A stretch of DNA of 64,000 nt from the human T2T-CHM13v2.0 reference genome, Homo sapiens. Positions 1-18,004 of this stretch are shown here, one piece after another. The stretch lies in assembly GCF_009914755.1 (NCBI RefSeq), contig NC_060934.1. One strand, written 5' to 3'. The notes beneath the pieces were generated by a model. That model saw only the letters and a list, made by a program, of their open reading frames with translations, ran no database searches and had not been told where the DNA came from. A program made the position numbers and the translations under genes. Positions within the stretch are counted from its first letter, which is position 1. Each line of letters starts with the position of its first letter.

Positions 1-383
1 AACTGGCAAGGAGGCCGGAAGAAACACTCTAATCTGTCTCCCCAAGCTGGAGTTTGGGTTGGATTTTATAAGCATAGGGTAATGAGGTGTGATCTGATTG
101 GCTCTTGCAATGAGGCGATGCCAGGAGGTGTGGTCTGACTGGATCCTGCTATGGGGTGACGCTAAAGCTTGTTCTGATTGGATCCCAGGTTCTGCCATGC
201 GGTGTCCCCTTCTTTATTCAGTTCCTTGGTACAAGTACTTAGGTTCCCTCTGCGATTGCATGCTTGGTTTAACTGGGCATGCTCAAGTTATGTGACCTTC
301 AACCTGGGAGACCATGGCAACTAAAAAACAACTCACAACTTTGTTACATAAAAGTTGACCCAGATTGGTCTGGTGTGGTTACA
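1..383 (-). mobile_element. ERVL-class LTR (LTR47-like), truncated by window edge
   Basis: Reverse complement begins TGTAACCACACCAGACCAATCTGGGTCAACTTTTATGTAACAAAGTTGTGAG, a TG-start LTR resembling the recalled LTR47 consensus. Confidence 0.6.
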
Positions 384-1609
384 AAGAGAGGAGCATTATA
401 GTAGTGTAGGTTTTTCCTTCTCCAAGGGACTTAAGATCCTCTCCCAAAGGACAGACGCTGCCCCTCTAGCCTTCTCGAGGAGAAAACCAAAATAATCAAT
501 TGACTGGAATTGGAAGATGGAGAGAGGAAGAGATAGGGGTAAGAATGCTGAGAGAAAAAAAGACAGAAAGATGAGATTAACGAACACCTCTCTGATGCGT
601 CCTTTAAGTACTGGGAGGGAACTTGAGGCCAAAACAAACAAACTAACTAACAAAAAACACCACCACAAAAACCCGAACATCTGTTCTGTGACTTAATTTG
701 GTCTTTGTATATTTGTGATCTGCTTATTTAATAAGACTTTTCTGTCTGGTAAGAAATCGTGCCTTCACACCCTTGCAGATATAGGCTTAAGCAAGAGTTT
801 ATATTTACTACAGTATTAATGCTGTCAATTGTATCTTTACTTTTCCAAAGACTTAGATTTAAAATAAAATACCCCCTTTTATGGAACCTAGTTTGATAGA
901 TTTTTCTATTTTGACACCTTGTTTTATAATACTCTTCTGTTATTATTTTTACTACCAGAGTCATCCTAAAGATTCAGTTCCCTTGGGGTACTGCAATATG
1001 TGGTTTGTTCTTGAATCAAATATAGTATTTCTTCCAGTCTATACTAAGTAATTCAAAGCCTAGCATCCCGGATAGTTCCTGCTGTAAAATAAATAATGCC
1101 ACAGTTATTGGATGAAAGCCAGCTATACAAGTGAACTAGACAGACGGTAAAACTCTAGGTACCTGACATACTTGTAAATGTCTTGGGATAAAGTGGCCCT
1201 AGCTGTTGGTTATGCACAAGTTGCCATGCTTTGGGCCATCTGGTCCTGTTGCTTTGGCCACAATCAATTAGACTCTGGAAATTTTCAAAACACCAGTCAT
1301 TAAGGGCTCTTCATACTAAAATGGGATTACCCAGCCCAGTCAGGTTCTTCCTCACTGAGAACTTGGGTTCAAGATACCCAGAGAGTAGAAGTGAAGAGGA
1401 AGCGATGGAGAGAAGCTGTGTCATGAATGTAGTGGAGTCACCAGAATAGGGAGCAGTGGAAGTCTACTTGGAGCCACGTCTCCAGATGTATTGAACACCA
1501 GAAATAACCACTGTGATGGTAAGTCCATCATGTCTTGACCAATGCTCCCCAATCTCCAGTGAGGCTGGACTATGCTGACACATCTCTGGGTCTTTCTGAT
1601 TTTCTCTAT

Positions 1610-1760
1610 TGTCTTAGTTCCTGCTGCTGTAACAAAATACCACAGGCTGGATAATTTATAAATAATGGAAATGTGTTACTTATCGTCCCAGAGGCTAGAA
1701 AGTCCAAGAGCAAGTGAGCTGGCAGATTTGGGGTCTGATGAGGGCCTAGTCCTCACACTT
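1610..1760 (-). mobile_element. MaLR LTR fragment (MLT1-like)
   Basis: TGTCTTAGTT...CTGCTGTAACAAAATACCACAGGCTGG...AAGTCCAAGA, typical MLT1 end in reverse orientation. Confidence 0.7.
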
Positions 1761-1784
1761 ACCTAATCTTTCACCCAGTGTTTT

Positions 1785-2283
1785 TTTTCCTTTTTTAATT
1801 GACAAATAAAAATTGTACATATTTGTGTTATCAGAACATGATGTTCTAATATATGTATACATTGTAGAATTTGGCTAAATCAAGCTAATTAACGTATGCA
1901 TTACACATATACATTTTTCTAGTTAGAAGACTTATGATCTACTCTAAGCATTTTCAAGTATGCAATACATTGTTATTAGTATAGTCACCATGTTGCATAC
2001 TAGATCTCTTGAACTTACTCCTTCTATCTATCTTTAATTTTCTTCCTGTTGACCTACTTCTCCCCATCTCTCAGCCTCTCCCCTCCTCAGCCTCTGGTAA
2101 CCACCATCTCACTCTCTGCTTCTGTGAGTCTGACTTTTTAAAATTCCACACAAGTGAGATCATGTGGTATTTGACCTTCGAGACTGCCTTATTTCACTTA
2201 ACATATGTCCCCCAGGTTCATCCATGTGTTGCAAATGACAGGATTTCCTTCTTTTTTTTTAAGACTGAATAGTATCCATTGTG
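1785..2283 (-). mobile_element. Old L1M (L1MA-like) 3' end
   Basis: T-rich tail then TTGACAAATAAAAATTGTACATATTT...AGTGAGATCATG...CAGGTTCATCCATGTGTTGCAAATGACAGGATTTC, antisense L1 3'UTR/ORF2 end. Confidence 0.8.
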
Positions 2284-3400
2284 CTCTTGTCCTGCAATGT
2301 TCTTTCTGCTCAATCCCACTTAGCTGAACCCACTGTAGTGGCTCCACCATAATAGTGGGTGGGATCTTGGAGGCATGACTGCATAGTTTTCTTCAGGAAC
2401 AGGAAATTGCTCTTTCGAATAGTGCTTTGCCTGGTGTAGTCCAGCATGCAGAATGGCTTGCCTTCCTTTTCAGCACGGTCCACATGCTTGCTGGAAGAAG
2501 TTACATAAAGAGAATTGTGCAGTGGAAGAAAGCTATCCAAGAGTTGCAAATAGTTTCATTAAATTGAAAACCACAAGCAATCGAGAGAACTTTATTGTGT
2601 AGATTTTTTTAATTCCATAAATGCAGATTAAAGTTATATACTCATCTTGTAAGCAAACTAAATAGGAGAGTACAATTTGTAGTTGAAACATTATGTCAGC
2701 CCTCTTCATTTTTGTGAAGAAAACCTCCATGTGCCTTTGAGCAACACAACCTATATAAGATGAATTTCTACTACCCCTAAGCAGTTATCTTAAATATTGT
2801 CCTAATTTACAAAATAAGCTTTTTGTTCATGACTTTAAAAGTTAAAATGTAACACTGATTTATATTTTTCAGAAATATAGCAATATTTCTAAATAAGAGT
2901 GTAGAAAAGCAAAGTGAAGCACACAATTCTGAAATAATACAATCCTCTTTATGAAGGTGATAAAATTGCATACTATGTTACTTTAATATCAAAACGTGAA
3001 ATTTATGTTGAAAGCTCATATAAAATAGATATCAATATAGAAAATTATATCAATTAGTGGCATTTCCTTTCTGTCATATCCAAATGTATTTATTTCATTA
3101 ACTGGAAATCTGTTCTTTTTAAAAATATTTGATCTTAAAAACAATTCATGCAAATTACATTTTTTTCTAATCACATCTCATTATAACTTTGGTGTCTAGA
3201 GTTTCACTACTACATACTGTAAGAAACTGTTGTATCATGATCTACAGACCTGAAGTTATTCTTCTACAGAAGCTTCTGTTGGCTAGGATGTGAGTTCTCT
3301 GAGGACAGTGACTCTGGCTCATTCATTCTTTTCTCACCAGAATGTAGGTAGACTGGAGTTCTTTAACAGCAGTGACTATTTCTTCTTCACTTGGCATCTA

Positions 3401-3557
3401 TGTTGCTTAGAACATAGTAAGTGCTTAATTAGTGTTTAATAATGAAATGAATCAAGTGCTTCATTATTAGTGTTTAATAATGAAACGAATCAATGATCAT
3501 GTTGCTTAGAACATAAGTGCTTAATTAGTGTTTAATAATGAAACGAATCAATGATCA
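3401..3557. repeat. Three imperfect tandem copies of a ~50-bp unit
   Basis: Core TTAGTGTTTAATAATGAAAYGAATCAA occurs three times; copies 1 and 3 also start TGTTGCTTAGAACATA. Confidence 0.85.
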
Positions 3558-3750
3558 ACTTTGCTAAATGCTGGATATGCAGAGTACAGACACCTTTGCT
3601 GCCTTCAGGGAACTTGGAGTCAGTGGGAGAGACAACCATGAAATAAGTGAAATTCTGGCAATAGGACCAGAGTGCTATGGGAACAGTTAAGAAGTAGTGA
3701 TCATTTCTGCCTGGCAAGGTAAAAAGATTGACATTGAAGATAGCCCTTTA

Positions 3751-4166
<416 letters not shown>

Positions 4167-4492
4167 TTATGAGCACAGCATGATCTCAGTATGGTGTGTA
4201 CATAATGATAGGGCTCCCAGGAAAGGGAATTGAAAAGTAAGAGAATTAGCACTTGTAAACATTATTATGTGTTAGGTATTAGATACTCTGTATTATTAAC
4301 TCTCCAGCAAGATGTTGTGGGGCAGTAATGAGGCACCTTATCTTAATGAATAAGATAGTTATTAGGCATAGATGTCATGGTGCTAGAGGATGAGTCTTTT
4401 TGGCAAAGGGCTTTGAAGGTCATCCAGTTAGGGTTACATAATCAGACCGGTGTAATTCACTAGTCACGTGACATACTTACCCTTTTTAGTGA

Positions 4493-4832
<340 letters not shown>

Positions 4833-7248
4833 AAGTTACCCGTAGCTCACATATAGAAACATGTTTTTATGTTATTTCATTTCACTTCCTTCCTTTTCAT
4901 CTTTGACCATATTATCTATATTCCCTTGTATACCAGACTTTTAGACACCATATAGATTGAAGTTATTTTTTAATTTCCCTGTTTCAGCTTCTTCTTAGTT
5001 TTTTAGCTTGTCATTTTTGAGCTTCCTCCATTTTATTTGGGACACCATTTTATTTATGTCTGGATTTAACGAGTCCAAATGCTCTTTCTTTTCAACGATT
5101 TTCTTTCATCATTACATAAATCTAGCTCAAAGTCTTCACATTTCATATTTCTCTTTAAAGTGCAGCTTTGTTTCTATTTCTCTGTTGTTTCTTTGTCTCT
5201 ACATCCAAACACCACATTGTGTCATCTATCACAGAATTTATTTTATGGCTTTTAATCATAGGCTTTACTTATGTCTGACTGTGTCTGTGAACCGTGTAGC
5301 ATTCTTTCATAATAAGAAACTTCTCTGCCTTACTGTTTTTTCTTTCTTTCATTTTTTTAAGGCATGTTGTTACTCCAAGCTGAAGAACTGCTTATCTGTA
5401 TAAGGAATCTGACTTTATTACTCATTTCTTCTGTTTACTTACTGAGTTATTATCTAATCTTAAGAACAAACTGATTCTAATGGACTCACACTGCTGTTTG
5501 CATCCTCGTAGGTGGCCAGTAAGAGGATGTGAGATCAAATTTTTCATAAAATTATCAAATGAATAGACAAAATGACATAAAACATCTGGACTTTTGGGTA
5601 AGCATTTGGTAGCATATGCATTAGAGAAATGGAAATGCATGCCTTTGGTTATTGATACCATGAAATGAATCTTGGGACTATAAACAATGTACAGTTTAAA
5701 ATGAAGTAGCATGTGGATGAACGAACTTGGTTTAGATTAGCAGACCTGGCAGAGTTTAAGGTCAAACTCAGTTTTGTTTAACATCTTCATAAATAATCGA
5801 GAAGACATATTTTAAAAAACCCTATAATTACATATTTAAGTGACTTCAAGCTGGGCGGTGTTAAACATGATACGAGGAAAAGGATTAGAAGAGGTGAATA
5901 GATAAAATGATAAACTTTTTTTCATTAATCAGGAAAAGTATAAAATGATAGTTTAGCATGAGAACAAATTTATGGCAAGTTACTAAAAGGAGAAAAAAAC
6001 ATGAGTAAAGGAAGAACAATGTTGAAAGGAGGCCATAGAAAGCAATTTGAATGCGGTATGTAAGCTAAAATGGCCATTATTTTATATAGTTCTCTTAAAA
6101 TGACTGTATGATTTCTCTCATGGGAGGCACATAAATTGCTGACCTAAGTACCAATAAGACACAGAATTATTAAGATGTTTATGTCAGTTATAAAATCATA
6201 TGCACAAATTCATACATTTTTGTACTTAATTTTTATTGATTTTATTGAAAAATCAACAGACAGAAAGACTGAAGTTTTTTAGGGGGCCAACAACTGAATG
6301 AATTTGAACACGTTTAGATTCCTGTAACCACCACACTTAGGTGACAGAAGAGTTCCATCTGTAAAACACTTCCTTTCATATCCCTCTTCCTACCCCAAGC
6401 CTCTGGCAATCACTTATGTTCTTTGCTCCCATAGTTCTGCCTTTTTGAGATGTTATGTAAATAGAAACATACATTATATAATGTCTCTTTTGTCCTTTGA
6501 GGTGCATATTATTTTTTTATTGTTGTTAAAAACACATCACATAAAATTCACCATGGTGACCTTTTTTTAAGTGTACAGTACAATAATATTAACTATATGC
6601 ACATAGATTGCTAGTGCAACAGATCTCTAGAATTTCAGTGCAATGGATATCTTGAAATTTATCAGCTTGCAACAGTGATACTCTATAGCCACTGAACGAC
6701 AATTTCCCTTTCCCTGATTCCCACAGCCCCTGGAAACCACCATTCTGTTTTCTAAGAGTTTAATGACTTTAGATATTTCATATAAGTAGAATCATGTAGT
6801 ATTTAACCTTTTGTGATTGGCTTATTTCACTTAGCATAATGTTCTCAAGGGTCATACAGGACAGAATTTCCTTCCTTTTAAGGTGGAATAATATTCCATT
6901 GTATGTATATGTCACATTTTCTTTATTCATCTGTTTGATGGACATTTAGGTTGCTTTCGCCTGTTAGCTATTGTGAATAATACTGCAATGGACATGAAGT
7001 GCAAATATCTCTTTGAGGTCTTCTTTTCAATTCTTTTGGATATATTCCCAAAAGTGCAGTTGGTGGATCATATGGTAATTCTATTTTCAATTTTTTGAGG
7101 AGCCTTGATACCATTTCCCTAGCAGCTGAAACTATTTTACATTCCCACCAACAAGGCATGACTTCCAAATTCTCCACATCCTCACCAACACTTGTTATTT
7201 TCTTTAATACTAAATATCCTAATGAGCGTAAGGTGATATCACACTGTG

Positions 7249-7557
7249 GTTTGGTTTTTTGTCTTTTGAGACTGGGTCTTACTCTGTCACCCAGGCTGGA
7301 GTGCAGTGGCACAGTCATGGCTTGAGCTCCTGGGATCAGGTGATTCCCCCAACTCAGTCTGTTGAGTAGCTGGGACTATAGGCATGCACCACCATGCCTG
7401 ACTAATTTTTATTTTATTTTATTTTATTTTTCATTTTTTGTAAAGATGGTGTCTCACTATGTTGGCCAGGCTTGTCTTGAACACCTGGGCTCAAGCGATC
7501 CTCCTGTCTTGGCTTCCCAAAGTGTTGGAAATACAGGCGTAAGCCACTGTCCCAGTC
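7249..7557 (-). mobile_element. AluJ
   Basis: Diverged Alu with CTGGGCTCAAGCGATCCTCC. Confidence 0.9.
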
Positions 7558-7750
7558 TCCTGAGTGATTAGTGTCTTAGTCTGTTTTGGGCTGCTACTAA
7601 AAATCCCATAGACTGAATATTTGATAAAGAACAGAAATTTATTTCTCACAGCTCTAGTGCCTGGGAAGGCATGAACAGGTGCCTGGTCTCTGCTTCCAAG
7701 ATGGAGTCTTTAACTATGTCCTCTGGAGGAGAAGAATGCTGTCTCAGGTG

Positions 7751-7760
7751 CAAGATGGCC
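7751..7760 (+). promoter_or_regulatory. YY1 site of L1 A internal promoter
   Basis: CAAGATGGCC at the L1 5' end. Confidence 0.8.
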
Positions 7761-8009
7761 GAATAGGAACAGCTCCAGTCTACAGCTCCCAGAGTGAGTG
7801 ACATGGAAGACAAATGATTTCTGCATTTCCAACTGAGGTACTGGGTTCATCTCACTGGGGATTGTCAGATAGTGGGTGCAGGACAGTGGGTGCAGCACAC
7901 CGAGCATTAGCCGAAGCAGGGTGAGGCATTGCCACACCCTGGAAGCGCAAGGGGTCAGGGAATTCCCTTTCCTAGCCAAGGAAAGGGGTGACAGATGGCA
8001 CCTGGAAAA

Positions 8010-8192
8010 TCAGGTCACTCCCACCCTAATACTGCACTTTTCCGACGGTCTTACCAAATGGCACACCAGGAGATTATATCCCATGCCTGTCTCAGAGGGT
8101 CCTACACCCATGGAATCTTGCTCACTGCTAGTACAGCAGTCTGAGATCAAACTGCAAGGTGGCAGCAAGGTTGGGGGAGGGGCGCCTGCCAT
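8010..8192 (-). pseudogene. ORF0: L1 antisense ORF0 homologue, 60 aa, truncated
   Basis: MAGAPPPTLLPPCSLISDCC...SIRVGVT* matches primate ORF0 and ends at an early TGA. Confidence 0.8.
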
Positions 8193-8767
8193 TGCTGAGG
8201 CTTGAGTATGTAAACAAAGCAGCCAGGAAGCTCGAACAGGGTGGAGCCCACCGCAGCTCAAGGAGGCCTGCCTGCCTCTGTAGACTCCACCTCTGGGGGC
8301 AGGGCATAGCTGAACAAAAGGAAGCAGAGACCTCTGCAGACTTAAGTGTCCCTGTCTGACAGCTTGGAAGACAGCAGTGGTTCTCCCAACACGCAGCTTG
8401 AGATCTGAGAACAGACAGACTGCCTCCTCAAGTGGGTCCCTGACCCCCAAGTAGCCTAACTGGGAGGCACCCCCAAGTAGGGGCAAACTGACACCTTACA
8501 TGGCTGGGTACTCCTCTGAGACAAAATTTCCAGAGGAATGATCAGGCAGCAACATTTGCTATTCACCAATATTCGCTGTTCTGCAGACTCTGCTGCTGAT
8601 ACCCAGGCAAACAGGGTCTGGAGTGGACCTCCGGCAAACTCCAACAGACCTGCAGCTGAGAGTCCTGACTGTTAGAAGGAAAACTAACAAACAGAAAGGA
8701 CATCCACACCAAAACCCCATCTGTACATCACCATCATCAAAGACCAAAGGTAGATAAAACCACAAAG

Positions 8768-9784
8768 ATGGGGAAAAAACAGAGCAGAAAAACTGGAAAC
8801 TCTAAAAATCAGAGTGCCTCTCCTCCTCCAAAGGAACGCAGCTCCTCACCAGCAATGGAACAAACCTGGACGGAGAATGACTTTGACGAGTTGAGAGAAG
8901 AAGGCTTCAGATGATCAAACTACTCTGAGCTAAAGGAGGAAGTTCGAACCCATGGCAAAGAAGTTAAAAACATTGAAAAAAAATTAGATGAATGGCTAAC
9001 TAGAATAACCAATGCAGAGAAGTCCTTAAAGGACCTGATGGAGCTGAAAACCATGGCACGAGAACTACGTGATGAATGCACAAGCCTCAGTAGTCGATGC
9101 GATCAACTGGAAGAAAGGGTATCAGTGGTGGAAGATGAAATGAATGAAATGAAGTGAGAAGAGAAATTTAGAGAAAAAAGAATAAAAAGAAATGAACAAA
9201 GCCTCCAAGAAATATGGGACTATGTGAAAAGACTAAATCTACATCTGATTGGTGTACCTGAAAGTGACAGGGAGAATGGAACCAAGTTGGAAAACACTCT
9301 GCAGGATATTATCCAGGAGAACTTCCCCAATCTAGCAAGGCAGGCCAACATTGAGATTCAGGAAATACAGAGAATGCCACAAAGATACTCCTCGAGAAGA
9401 GCAACTCCAAGACACATAATTGTCAGATTCACCAAAGTTGAAATGAAGGAAAAAATGTTAAGGGCAGCCAGAGAGAAAGGTCAGGTTACCCACAAAGGGA
9501 AGCCCATCAGACTAACAGCTGATCTCTCGGCAGAAACTCTACAAGCCAGAAGAGAGTGGGGGCCAATATTCAACATTCTTCAAGAAAAGAATTTTCAACT
9601 GAGAATTTCATATCCAGCCAAACTAAGCTTCATAAGTGAAGGAGAAATAAAATCCTTTACAGACAAGCAAATGCTGAGAGATTTTGTCACCACCAGGCCT
9701 GTCCTAAAAGAGCTCCTGAAGGAAGCGCTAAACATGGAAAGAAACAACCGATACCAGCTGCTGCAAAATCATGCCAAAATGTAA
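8768..9784 (+). pseudogene. L1 ORF1p, disabled
   Basis: 1017 nt from ATG to TAA (338 codons plus stop, no net indel); in-frame TGA at 8912 and 9155. Confidence 0.92.
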
Positions 9785-9847
9785 AGACCATCGAGACTAG
9801 GAAGAAACTGCATCAACTAACGAGCAAAATCACCAGCTAACATCATA

Positions 9848-13674
<3,827 letters not shown>

Positions 13675-16600
13675 ACAATGAGAACACATGGACACAGGAA
13701 GGGAATATTACACACCAGGGCCTGTAGTGGGGTGGGGGGAGGGGGGAGGGATAGCATTAGGAGATATACCTAATGTAAATGACGAGTTAATGGGTGCAGC
13801 ACATCAACATGGCACATGTATACATATGTAACAAACCTGCACATTGTGCACATGTACCCTAAAACTTAAAGTATAATAAAAAAAATCTAAATTCACAAAA
13901 TTTTCATATTTTGTTCTAAAAAAAAAAAAAAAGAATGCTGTGTCCTCACATGCCAGAAGCTGGAAGGGGAAACATGGATGAACCCTCTCCCTCAAGCTTT
14001 TCCCTAATTTCATTCATGAGGGAGGAGCCCTCATGGTCTAATCACCTCTTAGACCCACCCATCCCCCACTGTCACACTGGCAACATTTGAATTTTAGAGG
14101 TGATACATTCAAATCACAGCAATTAGTGATTTGGGGATTCTTCATATTCTTGTTGGCCATTTGTATATCTTCTTCAGAGAAATGTCAATCCAAGTCTTTT
14201 GCCCATTTTGAGTTGTTTGTTTTGTGTGTTTTGAGTTGCGGAAGTTCTTTATATATTCAGGACATTAACTCATTAGCAGATATGGTTTGCAAATATTTTT
14301 TGCCATTACATAGGTTGACTTTTCCCTCTGGTGGTTGCTTTTTTGCTTTGCAGGAATTTTTCAGTTTGATGTACTCCCATTTGTGCATTTGTGCTTTTGT
14401 TGTCTGTGCTGTTGATGACATAGCCAAGAAATCATTGCCAATCCAATGTTATGCAGCCTTTCATTGTTTTCTTCTAGGATTTTTACAGTTTTCAGGTTAT
14501 ATATTGAGGACTTGAATCCATCTTAATTTTTGCATATGGTGTAAGGTAAGGGTCCAACTTCTTTCATTTGTTATGTGGATATTAAGTTTTACCAACATCA
14601 TTTGTTGAAGAGACTATCTTTTCCCCATTGTGTAGCCTTGGCACCTTTGTTGAAGATCATTTGACCATATACATGAGCATTTATTTCTGGGTTTTCTATT
14701 CTGTCCTTTGGTGTACATGTCTATCTTAATGCCAGTACCATATTGTAGCTTTATAATATGTTTTGAAATCAGGAAGTGGGAGGCTTCCAGCTTTGTATTT
14801 CTTTCTCAAGATTGGTTTGGCTCTTCAGGGTTGAGATTCCATATGAATATTAGGATTTTTTTCTATTTCTGCAAAAGTGCCATTGATATTTTGATGAAAA
14901 TGTGTTGAATCTGTAGATTGCTGTCGATAGTATGGATATTTTGACAATATTAAGTCTTCCAATCCATTGAACACAGTATGTCTTTCTATTTGTTTCTATC
15001 TTCCTCGATATCTTTCAGTAATGTTTTGTAGTTTTCTGTGTACAAATCTTTAGACTTCTTGGTTTTTATCCCTATTTTATTCTTTTTGATGCTATTGTAG
15101 ACGGGATCATTTGTAAATTTCCTATTCAGATTGTTCACTATGTATAGAAATGCAGCTGGCTTTTGTCTGTTGATTTCATACGCTACTTTGCTGAATTTGT
15201 TTACTAGGTCTAAGTTTTTTGTGTAATCTTTATAGTTTTCTACATCTAAGATCCTGTCATCTGCAAACAGGGAAAATTTTTCTTATTTCTTTCCTATTTG
15301 GATGCATTTTATTTCTTTATCTTGCCTGATTGTTCTGACTAGGACTTCCAGGATTATGTTGAATAGAAGTGGCAAGAAAGGGTGTCAAAGGGTGTCTTTG
15401 CCTTGTTCCTGATCTTAAACAGAAAATTCAGATTTTCACCATTGAGTATGATGTTATTATGGCCTTTTCCTATATGGCCTTTAGTATGTTGAGGTAATTT
15501 CTTCTATTTCTAGTTTGTTGGTTTTTTAAAATAAAAAAATTGTGTTGAATTTTTTCAAATGCTTTTTTGTATTTATTCAGATGATTTTTATCCTTCATTC
15601 TGTTAGTGTAATGTATTACATTAATTTCCATATACTGAGCTGTCCTTGCATTTCAAGAATAAGTCACCTTTGGTTATGATGTATTATCCTTTTAATGTGT
15701 TGTTGAATTTATTGTGCTCATATTTGCTGAGGATTTTTGCATCAATAGTCAATAGGAATATTGATCTTTAGTTTTCCTATAGCATCTTTGTCTGATTTTG
15801 GTATCAGGGTAATGCTGACTTCATTGATTGAATTTGGAAGTGTTCCCTTCTTTTCAATTTTTGGGAATAATTTGAGAAGGACTGGTGTTAATTCTTCTTT
15901 AAAGTTTGGTGGAATTCTCCAGTGAAGCCATCAGGTTCTGGGCTTTTTTCATTGGAAGCTTTTTGGCTCTAACTAATCTTTATTATTTCTATCCTTCTAC
16001 TAACTTTGGGTTTAGTTTGTTCTTTTTTTTTTCTAGTAGATTGAGATGTAAAGTTAGGTTGTTAGTTTGAGATCACTCTTCTTTTTAACTTTAGGTGTTT
16101 ACTGTTATTAATTTCTTTTACTATTGCCTTTGATGTATTTCATAATTTTTGAGATGTTGTGTCTTTGTTTTAATTTGTCTGAAGATATTTTCTAATTTCC
16201 CTTGTGATTTCTTCCTTGACCCATTTGTTGTTAAAGTATGTGTTGTTTCATTTCCACATATTTTGGATTTTCCATTTTGCCTTTTGCTATTGATTTCTTA
16301 GTTTTACTACATTGTGGTTGGAAAAGAGTCTTGGTATAATTTCAATCTTAAATTTGTTAAGACTTATCCCATGACCTAACAGATAATCTATTCTGGAAAA
16401 GGGTGTGTATTCTGCTGCTGTTGGGTGGAATGTTCTGTTTATGTCTGTTAGGTCTAATTGGTCTATAGTGTCAATCAAGTCCTCTCTTTCCTTGTTGGTC
16501 ATCTATTTGGTTGATCTACCCATTATTGAAAGTGGAGAATGTCTTTATTTCTAAAATGAGTCTCTGGTAGACAACATATAGTTGAATTTTGATTTTTAAA

Positions 16601-16989
16601 AATCCATTCAGCCACTCTATTCCTTTTGATTGGATAGTTTAATTACTTTACATTTAAAGTAATTATTGTTAGGAAATGATAATGATTTACTATTGCCACT
16701 TTGTTCATAGTTTCCTATATGTCTTGTAGTTATTTTGTTCCCCTTTTTCTCTCTTGCTGCCTTCCTTTGTGTTTTGTTGAATTTTTAATAGCGACATGCT
16801 TTGATTCCTTTCTCATTTTCTTTTGTGCATCTTCTATAGATATTTTCCTTGTGGTTATGATGAGAATTACATAAAATATCTTATAACAATAGCTTCAATT
16901 GCATACACATCTGTGCTTCTTTACCTCTCCTCACTTAACGTTATCAGTGTCACAAATTATGTTTTTATATTTGGTATTTATTACCATAG

Positions 16990-17345
16990 CGCTATGGTTA
17001 AATGTTTGTCCCCTCCAAAACTCATGTTAAAACTTAATTGCCATTGTAATAGTATTAAGAGGTGGGACTTTTAAGAGGTGATTAGACTATGAGGGCTCTG
17101 CACTCATGGGTGGAATTGGTGCTGTTATGATAGGGTGATTTTGGCCCCCTCTTGCTCTCTCTTGCCCCCTCTCACTCTGTTACTTTCTGCCAAGGGATGA
17201 CGCAGCAAGAAGGCCCTTTTTGGATGCTGGCACCTTGATATTGGACTTCCCAGCTTTCAGAACTGTGAGCTGCCAAAATTTCTGTTCATTATAAATTACC
17301 CAGTCTCAGATATTTTGTTATAGTACCACAAAATGGATGGAAACA
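16990..17345 (+). mobile_element. MaLR solo LTR (MST/MLT1A-like)
   Basis: GCTATGGTTAAATGTTTGTCCCTCCAAAACTCATGTT...AAATTACCCAGTCTCA; TSD CATAG at 16985-16989 and 17346-17350. Confidence 0.85.
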
Positions 17346-17537
17346 CATAGTTTTATAGTTGTAGCTGTTTCTTATGCTTTTGTATTTTAAACTCTGTATC
17401 TGAATTGAGAATGATTTATGCACGATCACTATAGTATTTACAGAATTCTGTATTTGTTTACATATTTACCTTTACCAAAGGCTTTATATTTTCATATACC
17501 TTCATGTTGCTACTAGCATTCTTTCACTTCAACTTGA

Positions 17538-18004
<467 letters not shown>

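Noticed and set aside
2474-2602. Possible plus-strand exon after TTGCCTTCCTTTTCAG
   Set aside because: No recognisable protein and no convincing donor
3401-3557. Repeat spacing superficially like a CRISPR array
   Set aside because: Primate DNA and no unique spacers; simple tandem duplication
5008-5712. 131-aa and 96-aa hydrophobic ORFs and a strong-looking acceptor at ~5361
   Set aside because: T-rich compositional ORFs with no homology I can recognise and no good donor
7743-7750. Non-canonical bases before CAAGATGG in L1 A (also 36300-36310 in L1 C) as a 5' transduction
   Set aside because: Too short; could be variable TSS, untemplated bases or subfamily sequence
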